From: Octopus sinensis
Lineage: Eukaryota
Assembly: GCF_006345805.1 (NCBI RefSeq)
Contig: NC_042997.1
Location: 55,676,001-55,740,000 of the forward strand
Direction: 5' to 3'
DNA length: 64,000 nt
Part shown: piece after piece, positions 54,740 through 64,000 of the stretch
Position numbering within the stretch: position 1 is the stretch's first letter
Layout of the letters: the number at the start of each line of letters is the position of its first letter
Position numbers and translations under genes: made by a program
The notes under the pieces: generated by a model
Databases searched by the model: none
What the model was told of the DNA's origin: nothing
What the model saw: only the letters and a program-made list of their open reading frames with translations

Positions 54740-55480
54740 GATTGGTGGCTTCTGCCAAAATATATACATATAAATACGGCGGTGAAGATAAATCATGTTC
54801 GAAGTGATGAGACTGGAGTTGAGACACGGTAAGGATAACCGAAAGATGGATAGGGCATTTATTTCCGAGTGAGGAAGATATGTAACTTGTTAGCTCAGAA
54901 AAGTAGAGGCCTTCATAGTAAGAATAGAAAGCAGTGAAGTAATAGATATTTCGTGCAGCCTGCTGGTGATTTAATGCATTGAATAGTCATCTTTGGATCA
55001 GTCTATGTTGTTATTGCAATGGTTAGCAGTTTTAGTAACTTCGACGCTTTTAGTAAGATGTTATTCACAGTTGAAGCGGGTAAGGTACAAGAAGGTTTAC
55101 TTGATATGTGTGATGAGTGAGATTTTGTGCTGTTAAAAGACACAAGGCTATCATATCCCCATTGAATGATTTTTCAAACTCTTTGTTGCTGTAGGTAAAG
55201 GAAGAATGGCGTGAGACACACAAGTTCAGTGTGAATACTGTCTGGGCGCAGAGGGTAAACGATTAAATAATACATCATCTGTATGACAGTGTTAGTTGCC
55301 AGAAGTGCAGGTAACTTTATGTTTAATGTGCAGAAGGAAATGTACGAGAAACATTGCTGAACCATGAGGTACATCATACGCCAAGTTAATTGAATGTCAG
55401 TGGTGATGAGCACGTCGGTACACACTGCAACGGTACGGTCTGACAGAAGAGCTTCAGTGCCTAGTTCAGGACCATGTTGC
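54740..55480 (-). mobile_element. Very degenerate CR1/L2-group LINE remnant
   Basis: LSDRTVAV, VPHGSAM (VPQGSVL-like), TDD, and SFYSYYEGLYFSELTSYI..YPYRV in the expected order. Confidence 0.5.
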
Positions 55481-55597
55481 GCAATTTTTTATTGTATGTT
55501 GCTTCTTTTCAGTTGTCTGGCTTCTTATGTTTATGCGTCCAGTGACGTACGAAAAGTCTCATATTTAAACTGCAACAATCGAGTCCTTTACAGTTCT

Positions 55598-56392
55598 ATA
55601 TTTAAGAGATGAGCAATTATGTACATTATTTACATTATTTACATTCGACGGATAATTGTCCTCATCTTGTTTGTTGTTAACACAACGTTGAAAGGCCTCT
55701 CCGAAAAGATACAAAAGATATGCGGCCCATATGACATCATGACAGTATTCAAGAATAATACAACACTTTACAAATATCTTCTTCGAGTAAAACCACCAAT
55801 AGAAGAGAATATGACCAAAGATTGCGTGTACTCCATCCCATGCAGCTGTGGTAGGTTATACAAAGGCGAAACATGCCACCCACTCAAAATAAGGGTAAAC
55901 GAACAATGCAAAGCGAGGAGATATTGATAAACCGGGTATAGCTGATCATGTATGTAAAAATGGAGACCACCTCCCCCTGAGGAATGAAGTTAAAATAATA
56001 GACAGAGAACAACACTGGAAAATACGAAAACTAAAAGAAGCAGTACATATGCTAGGACACAACAACCTTCTAAGCAGACCGAGTGCAGATATGAGCAGCA
56101 TATGGGAACCGGTGTTAAGGAAGGATAGGAGATTATTAGATTTATAAGCCTTACAATTCACACCATAATTGCCCATGGGCATATGGTGTAGTGGTTAAAA
56201 GCGCGGGCTACTAACCCCAAGATTCCGAGTGCGATTCCAAGCAGTGACCTGAACAATAGTAAGAACAACAACAACAATAACATCGAAAAATACCTTAGGA
56301 ATGAGAACCCAGGTTCGAAATTTCCCCAAGACACCTGAAGGCTGGAGGGTTAACAACAAACAAGATGAGGACAAATATTTATGTAAATAAAT
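55598..56392 (+). mobile_element. 5'-truncated Penelope/Poseidon-type PLE: inverted terminal-repeat stub + GIY-YIG + terminal repeat
   Basis: Inverted stub 55598-55689; endonuclease 55690-56147 (KGLSEKIQKIC..VYSIPCSCGRLYKGETCHPLKIRVNE..GIADH..RKLKEA..WEPVL); then a tRNA-like segment and a repeat with a deleted hammerhead. Confidence 0.9.
56177..56249 (+). ncRNA. tRNA-like segment 30 bp downstream of the Penelope stop codon
   Basis: GGGCATA TGGTGTAGTGG..GGG CTACTAA CCC..CCGAGTGCGATTCC..GTGACC; homologous to 40411-40477. Confidence 0.75.
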
Positions 56393-57414
56393 CGAGTCCT
56401 TTGGTATAGATTAGTATAGTATAAATTTGTATAGTATAGTACAATTTGTAGTAAACTTGTATTTGGTTATGTTATCAAAATCAAAGCTTTCTTTTGTTGC
56501 TATAATGTTAGCTAATTGATGTTATATACAGTTTATAGAGTCTGATTTTTAGTAGTGGGATGGAGATAGTGTTTCGAGGCGTTCAAATACAATGGTGATA
56601 CAATTTGGAAGAAATAACTCCACCTGACAGTTCAATTATTGTTGTGGTGTCTGTGTGTGCCGGAAGTTTAAATGTATTACATGACATTGATCACAGAATG
56701 AGAATAACCACAGAGAGGTGTATTTTCCGAGTTGTAAGCTCATCATGGTCGAAACAAGCAGTCATGCCAGATAATGCATCTATAAGAATTAATGTTTTGC
56801 ATAACTTATTGCAGCAGTCATTCTTTATTCAATAGAACCAAACTAGTTGAATAAAAGTGTTTTGTGTTTGTAAGAACAAATGCATTTATACTGTTGTATT
56901 TCTTATTTCTAACCATATTTCACCTCATCTGACATTGAAAGCAGAAGTTATAAAAACTCAAAAATAAAACTTAAGAATGCCACCCACACTATATTTTTAT
57001 GTATTTATCACTTTATACCGATGTCATCATTCACACAGATGCAATAAACCTCAGAAAATTTTATTTCCTTGTGGGTTCTCGTAGTTTTAGTCATTCCATT
57101 TAAATAAATCTCGATTGCAAGCTGGAACCATTCCATCTAGATTACAACATCTATTGCTTTGAATGACACGATTTTCCTCTTCCTCTCTTCGATGAATGAT
57201 ACGTTGGGTTACGGCAATCAGTTCTGTTGATCCATTTATATTAAAGGGGTTCCCATTGTCTCCATAATTTCTATAGAAATCAGTGAACTGTACTCTTTTA
57301 CCGCCCTAGATTAGTGTTTAAATATATGTGTGTATGTATAAGCGTGCGTGTGTGTGTATACGTATGTATGTATATGTGTGTGTGTTTATATGTAAGTGTG
57401 TGTGCGTGTTTGCT

Positions 57415-58425
57415 TCTATATGCCCTCATTCCTCGCAATGAAGGCCTCCTCGCATTGAAAATCTTCCTCGATCTTCGTCGTAATAATCAATCTGACACCT
57501 CTATCCTCCTCTGTTTGGCTGAACTTGTCCTCTCCTTAAGTTGCTTCTCGTTCGCTAGGCAATTTTACCATCAGGTGTCGGGAGTCTGCATGGGAGCGGA
57601 AAGGAGTCCAACTATGCGAACCTGTTTTTCGGCTATGTTGCGGTCCAAATATTCTTTCAGTTCACCGATCCCACTCCCGAATTATACGGTCGTTACACTG
57701 ACGACTGTATCGGTGCGATCTCACACCCCTGCCAGCATTTCGACTTCTTCCTCTCTTTCATCAAGTCCTTCCATCCATCCCCCGAATTCTCTTGCTCCGT
57801 TTTCAACAACTCTGACAACTTTCTCGACATTTCTGTTACCATCCACCACTCTTCTCTTGCCACCGCTCTCCACTATAAATCCACAGGCGCACACTCTTAT
57901 CTCAACTTCTCTTCTCACCCTAGCCACTCCAGATTGTCCATTCCTTACTCTCAGTTCTGCTGTCCCTGCCGCCTCTGTAATGACAAACAATGACTTCGAG
58001 ACATTCCCTCCTAATGGCTTGCCACTTCACCCAACTAGCATACCCCACCACTATTATCCAAATTACCCTCGCCTGTGCCCAATCTGCTGACCGTGCATCT
58101 ACTCTCGCCCACCCTGCATCTGGTCCACCTTTATCCCTCACGTAACACCCCTTCACCCTACCACACCAGCACATCAGTTTGCATGCTTTTCGCCGACACC
58201 AGTCTGACCCTTTCACCTCCTACATCTTCCTCAACCCACCCCATCCCCTCCTCTAAACAGGCCCATAACCTACGTAATCTTCTGGTCCATAGCTTCTTCC
58301 CCACTCCTGGAGCCCAACTTGGCTACTTCCTTTGCTTTCGCTCACCCTGCAATACATGCCGCTACCTCCCCAACCTCAGTAACACCCACCACCGCTCCAA
58401 GAACATAACTAATTCATTCACCTAC
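57415..58425 (+). mobile_element. Neptune-type PLE RT and linker remnant
   Basis: LYALIPRNEGL, FYHQVSGVCMG..SPNYANLF, GRYTDDC, NFLDISV, HSYLNFSSHP, SIPYSQF, NLRNLLVHS, CFRSPCNTC (Neptune-type Cys linker). Truncated before the endonuclease. Confidence 0.85.
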
Positions 58426-58481
58426 TCTCTCTCTCTCTCTCTCTCTCTCTTATTCCCTGTACATTAGTCAATATATATATA

Positions 58482-58559
<78 letters not shown>

Positions 58560-59292
58560 AAGAATCAGCAGCAGCAATTATGTAGTAGCAAATGCAGGAG
58601 GAGTTACGATAAACAGATGTTTATATTATTAATTCTTATGTACCTTTTACCATTACTGTTGCTTTGGAACCCTGCATTGTATGTTCCAAGTGCATTTGGA
58701 ACGCATCATCAAGGAAAACTTTTACTGCATTAAGTTACAGAAAGCTAATGTTAATAGTTGGGTAGATGCCTTTTCATAATAATAGAATAATTAGGAATAT
58801 CATTGACAAACCCATCATCGGTAGAAAAGAGATTTCCAACTGAAGAACTGAACATTTGACAGATATAAATTGTATCAATTTAAATATACATCCCAGGAAA
58901 ACTGACAATAACCATATATGCATCGACAATTTCACAGTAAACCAAAATTTAAAAAAATTCTAGAAGTAGGAAACTTAATGTAACATCGTTTAATCATCCT
59001 TACTCACTGCAAATTAAAAGTATCTCGTGACCATTCATTGACATCCTAAAGAAAAGCTTTCAAACCCAACAAATGCCACAAGATATTCAATATAACTTCT
59101 ACTAAACTATCGTACTCGGCTACACTAAATTTAGCTAACGACATAGCAGCTGAAAAATACCTCGTTTATTTCCGTTTATCACCGTTTCTTTGGCGCGTAA
59201 CGTCAAAACCTGGATGACTAGTCAAGTCAACCAATAACACAAGTATATTCTGCAATAAATAATCCCTATATTTTACTTTCTTCCTACTAAAC

Positions 59293-59348
<56 letters not shown>

Positions 59349-59439
59349 TGTGTGTGTGTCAAAATGTGACTGTCTGAATGTGTGTGTGTGTGCGCGCACG
59401 GAGGCGACATGCATATGTCACAGGATTGCGAAAATTAGT

Positions 59440-60240
59440 GTTACATACTCGAGAAGTATGTCAGTCCAGATTGGAATATTACAAGAAACAAATTTCCCTG
59501 TGTATGAGGCTTTTGTCCTTATGACCCTGCCAAATGGGTTCGAAACGTGGACAACCTACGGGAATCTAATAAAACAGTTGCAGAGGCTTCATCGGTATTT
59601 GTACGTAACACATCCTCAACACCAAATGGTCACCTTACACACCAGATACTGTTGTACTTGAGAAATCTGGCAAGCACCAAAATTGAGAATAGAATAATTA
59701 CGAACCAGAACCAGAAAGGTTGGTCTCGTCATGCTGTCTGAATAGATGGAAGGATACTTAAACAGATTTTTTATGGGAAATTGACCAGAGAGAAAGGCTA
59801 CAGCAAACAAAGTGATTTAAGGATGTGACAAAGAACAATCTTAAATCGTTGTATATATTCGTTGACCACTGGAATGTATTGACTAAAAACCATGCATCTG
59901 GAATTGAAGCGCAATGTGTTTGACTGATTTCTTCTCTCAAGAGTTGGATCGCTCAACCAGCTTAACTCACATAAACTAGGAAGTGGCTCTCAAGATGAAA
60001 CTGCTGCCACATCGTTCGAAGGATATTTTAGCAAGTGTGGAATAATTTGCAACTCCACTGGAGGCCTGACTAGGATGGTACAATACATGAAACCACAACT
60101 CAACCGATGATGCAAGTAGACAGACAGTTAGAGTGTTACATTTGCGAGTTTGCAGAACGGAAGCTGGGCTAAAGACCCACCTACATGTGCATGGTCACGC
60201 AAGGTTCAATGAAGGGATGGCATTCATCTGCCAAGAATGA
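59440..60240 (+). mobile_element. Degenerate RTE-BovB-like LINE 3' part
   Basis: VYEAFVLMTL..GFETWTTY..LQRLH, DGRILKQIFYGKL, FKDVTKNNL, and a terminal GLKTHLHVH-like motif. Confidence 0.7.
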
Positions 60241-60300
60241 ACAATCAGTATTGTAAGACAAATGCTAATAATATTTTTTTAATACAGTGACAAACACACA

Positions 60301-60388
<88 letters not shown>

Positions 60389-60503
60389 CACATAACTTTA
60401 TCATTCTTTTACAAGAAGAATAGTGACAGTGACTTCGAAGTTTCGCCCTGCTAGCCTTCATCGGTCGAAACTTCTTCGTGGTTGCTGTCACCACTTCTAA
60501 AAG

Positions 60504-61069
60504 TATTGGGTTGTTCATAAAGTTCGTGCCGATTTATTGTAGCTTACCTTTCGACTTATTTTAGAACATGGTTGAGTCCATAAAATAGGATTTGACTACA
60601 CATCCATTCAGAGCAAAGTTTAAGCTTTCTTTTCGTGGAAGAAGATTTATGTTCCTATAGCCTGTGTTAATTCTGTAACCCTTTAAAATGGAACATAAGA
60701 AAGTTCATTTTCGGCACTTGATGCTTTGGGAGCCTGACAAAAATTGCTGCATCTCGGCTGGATGTGTTACCCCACCCTCCATATTCCCCAGATATTGCTC
60801 CTTCGGATTTCTACTTATTCCGGTTTCTGCAGAATAGTCTTAATGGTAAAAATTTCAATTCCTTGGATGACTTAAAAAGATACCTTGATGAACTCTTTGT
60901 CATGAAACCACCTCAATTCTGGGAAGAGGGTATTTTCAAGTTAAAGGAAAGACAGAGACGCATTGTGCAACAAAATGGTTTATATTTGGTTGATTAAAAA
61001 TGTAATGGCAAGTATTTATTGACCTTTTTCTTTCCTTTCAAAATCGGCACGAACTTTCCGGACAATATA
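60504..61069 (+). mobile_element. Internally deleted mariner (mellifera-like), about 565 bp
   Basis: TIRs share AAGTTCGTGCCGATTT, with TA at both ends. MEHKKVHFRHLMLWE (60688) joins directly to LPHPPYSPDIAPSDFYLF..NGLYLVD*. Confidence 0.92.
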
Positions 61070-61199
61070 TTACGTTTATATATAAGTTTGCAAGATTCTT
61101 GATGCGAAATCATGCATTGAAACATATATTGATATACTTGAGGACGGTCGTATTTTGCCAATCAAACGCATGCACTTTTATATTTGGTCTTCACTTCAG

Positions 61200-61237
<38 letters not shown>

Positions 61238-61584
61238 TATTATTATTATTATTATTGTTGTTGTTGTTGTTGTTGTTGTTGTTTCTTTGTCAAAGGTGTT
61301 TTATTACACATCCTGTAACCTCTTCAGCGACTCTTTATCCAACGTGTCTCCTCTTGGTCTGCTTATCCCATTTTGTCTTTCTGTGATATATATCCTTATG
61401 TGCGTATGCATTTGTGCCTGTATCTGTGTGGGTGGGTGTGTGCGTGTGCGTGTGTGTATGTGTGTGCGCGCAAACGCATGTACGTGTGTCTGTGTTTAGT
61501 GTGTTTTGTGTGCATGTATACAGGCTTGTTTGCTGCGCTGTTTGTACCCGCGTCTCTTATTTATTTATTTATTTTATCATTTGT

Positions 61585-62212
61585 TTATTACCCTGCGCGC
61601 CTAAGCAAAAGCAGGGTATTGTAATCACTCGTCTTTGTCAGATTGTCTGTGTTTTTGCAAAATTACTACAAAACGGCTGAACGGATTTTCACCACATTTG
61701 GCAGAAATACTCATTGGTTGAGTGGCTCAAAATCATAAACATTTGGTTTGATTATCTTATTTTTTTAAAATAGAACTTACACATTTCCTGATAAGCAAGT
61801 GGTCATATTATTTTGCTCACTTTCTTTTTCATATGAATTGACCCTCGTCAGCGTGTGTATAGATCATGCGCGCAGACACGTGTGGGTACATACATACATA
61901 CATACATTCATACATACATACATGTATACATACATACATATGTGACTGTGTGCGCGCGTGTAAACGCGTGTCTGTGTGTGCGTGTGTGTGTGTGTACACT
62001 GATGAATTCGAAGGTTTCGTTTATTTACGAGTTGATATCTTCATTTCACCAGAGTATAAACACTGATGATACTTAAAATAATGATGATACTTAAAAAAAA
62101 GCAAAATTCAGTTCAATTAAAAAGCATAGGTAAGCAACGCATTGTAAGCTATACTATAATTTGCGAAAAAATGTATCTGCGCGCAGGGTATGCATCGTCC
62201 CTCCGATGCCTT
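61585..62212 (+). mobile_element. Helentron/DINE-1-type non-autonomous element
   Basis: 12-bp subterminal inverted repeats TACCCTGCGCGC (61589-61600) and GCGCGCAGGGTA (62179-62190), a partial inner IR at 61611-61618, a 3' hairpin GCATCG..CGATGC, T-rich flanks and an internal microsatellite. Confidence 0.75.
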
Positions 62213-62369
62213 TTTTTTCCATTTATTTATGTTTCTCATTTTGCTTTCAGTATGTGTGTGTCTTGCGTGTGTAAATATGAGTTCATGTATTATACCGTTT
62301 GTATTTATGTCTTTTTTCATCTTATTCTGTCTTTAAGTCATCAGGTTACGTAGTGGAGTGTTATTCCAT

Positions 62370-62636
62370 TCATGATTTCTGTTGAGGTCCGGTCTGTCTA
62401 TTATGTTGTGTGGCCTCTGTAATTTGACTAAGTGTCGTGACTGTTCTACGTTTTGATAATATTTTAACATCTATGTTATTAAGCGGGCCTCCATGTTCTA
62501 ATTGAGCTTTTCTCCTCCTTGAGTTCCTGCCATTTTCATCTACCCGTTCACCTATACTAGGTGCTGTCTCCCCAATGTATGTCGTTGTCCTGTTTCTGCA
62601 CTGTCCCTCAGTGTGCCGTATACTATAGACCACTCA
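62370..62636 (-). mobile_element. Penelope-type GIY-YIG endonuclease remnant
   Basis: VVYSI..QC..TTYIGETAPSIGERVDE..DVKIL..TEA. Confidence 0.65.
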
Positions 62637-62639
62637 GTA

Positions 62640-63030
62640 GTTTATAGTATAAAATACGGACATAAAACATAAATTTCGTTCCTGGAATTTATGTAGTCAT
62701 TGAAGGCTCACAAGTTCTTTAACAGAAATAGTTTTCCAAGAGAAATATTGAGCATCTTTTTGACCCATTAATACAGTTTGGTTTGGATATTGTAGTTAAT
62801 CCCTTCATTAAAGTTGAAAGGTTAGTTGAATGTCTCTTATTACAGTACCTAAAAGTCGAAGAATGGTCGTTGTTTCTAGCATTAAATTTTCCTCTCACTC
62901 CTCCGATATAACGCTTGGTTTCTGTTCGACCATTGCCATAGTTCTCTGATACCTGTGCTTCATAAACAACGGTGGATATATCGCATTTCTGCTTTAGAGG
63001 ACATTTAGATTTGTCTCTACATGAGCATCC
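62640..63030 (-). mobile_element. Naiad-type GIY-YIG remnant (third Naiad family)
   Basis: GCSCRDKSKCPLKQKCDISTVVYEAQV..RYIGG..FNAR..HSSTFR..NKRHSTNLS..NGSKRC..YINSRNEI. Confidence 0.8.
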
Positions 63031-64000
63031 AGGGCAGGCTTGAACTTATAAAGGTCTGTACGAATAGCTGCTGAACAGAAACCAACATAGTACCCTTTCC
63101 CTCTATCATATTTTCCATTTTTTTTTAATATTTATTCAGCCTTATTTATACGTTGGTTCTAAAGGTATTCAATGCACACCGTTCAACGTTCCGAATTCCA
63201 GACTTTCCACGCTTCTTGATAGTTATCAATCCTCCAAACCAGCAATATGTACTAGTAGTATACTGGCGTTGATTTCAGCGATTACACTTCAAAATATGTC
63301 ATCTTTCCATTCGAAAAAAAAATCAATGTATTTATTTAATAACTAGTGTTTCAATTTCAACTTTTCAACTAAAGTTTCTCATTAATTGCGTTCAATTAAA
63401 TACAAATTACCGAATAAATTGTCCTGTAGTTACAATGTATTAAATACTTCCTATTAATCTACTTTCACTGGGAATAGTTTCTTTAAGAGCGTCTGAAACA
63501 AAAACATATAATTAACTATTAAGTAACCTGCCATGCATGAGTTAGACTAATTGGTTGAGAAATTTGAACTATTATGATTTTTGTAAAACAATAAACCTTT
63601 TCGCTTTTAATGTTCTTTCAATGGCTTAGTTACTAAGCTAATTTGACCAACTGCTGTTTTTAGCTATTATTACAATTGCAAAACAGCTTCAAACCTATTT
63701 CTTGCGTTCGTTATTTGTTTAATGATATAATAATCATTTAACAGAAACAAAGTCGTCTGCCAAGGCGAAAAAACAATATTTTTGAAATGAAGCTCGATAA
63801 CTTCATTCACTTCACCTAGAGACAGAACATATGACGAATATAATTGCTGCAATCTCGGTCTTCTCATAAATGTCACATGAACGATTTTCTGATGATTTGA
63901 ACTGTAAGCAACATATTATATGTATGTGAATATTATGCCTAAAATACAGTGGTTCTCACAACTATTTTCACTTATTGAAGGATACAAACAATTGAGTGTA

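Noticed and set aside
56177-56249. Functional tRNA gene
   Set aside because: The acceptor and T stems pair poorly, the ACT anticodon is atypical, and it is embedded in a repeated mobile unit.

Overview
AT-rich, microsatellite-saturated metazoan genomic DNA. The SINE families and repeat landscape point to an octopus (inference). I found no recognisable host protein-coding gene. Nearly all ORFs in the supplied track are either microsatellite translations or transposon fragments. The window is a layered transposon graveyard containing: two mariners, hAT, Chapaev3-like, Helitron and Helentron-type DNA elements; Gypsy; CR1, RTE, Tx1 and R4/Dong LINEs; several SINE families; and an unusually rich set of Penelope-like elements (PLEs) from three clades (Naiad, Penelope/Poseidon, Neptune). 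The most notable observation is a Penelope terminal repeat that combines a tRNA-like (Pol III A/B box) segment with a minimal hammerhead ribozyme. It occurs downstream of a GIY-YIG ORF (55.6-56.4 kb) and as a stand-alone head-to-head foldback (39.9-40.7 kb). Other highlights: a Naiad-type RT+GIY-YIG frame open for about 495 codons (19.1-20.6 kb), further hammerhead-bearing foldbacks, a co-oriented R4/Dong stack in (TAA)n arrays, a three-layer nested insertion that was partly duplicated, and two candidate 5' exons near 52.9-54.0 kb. All family assignments come from motif recognition by eye, not database searches.
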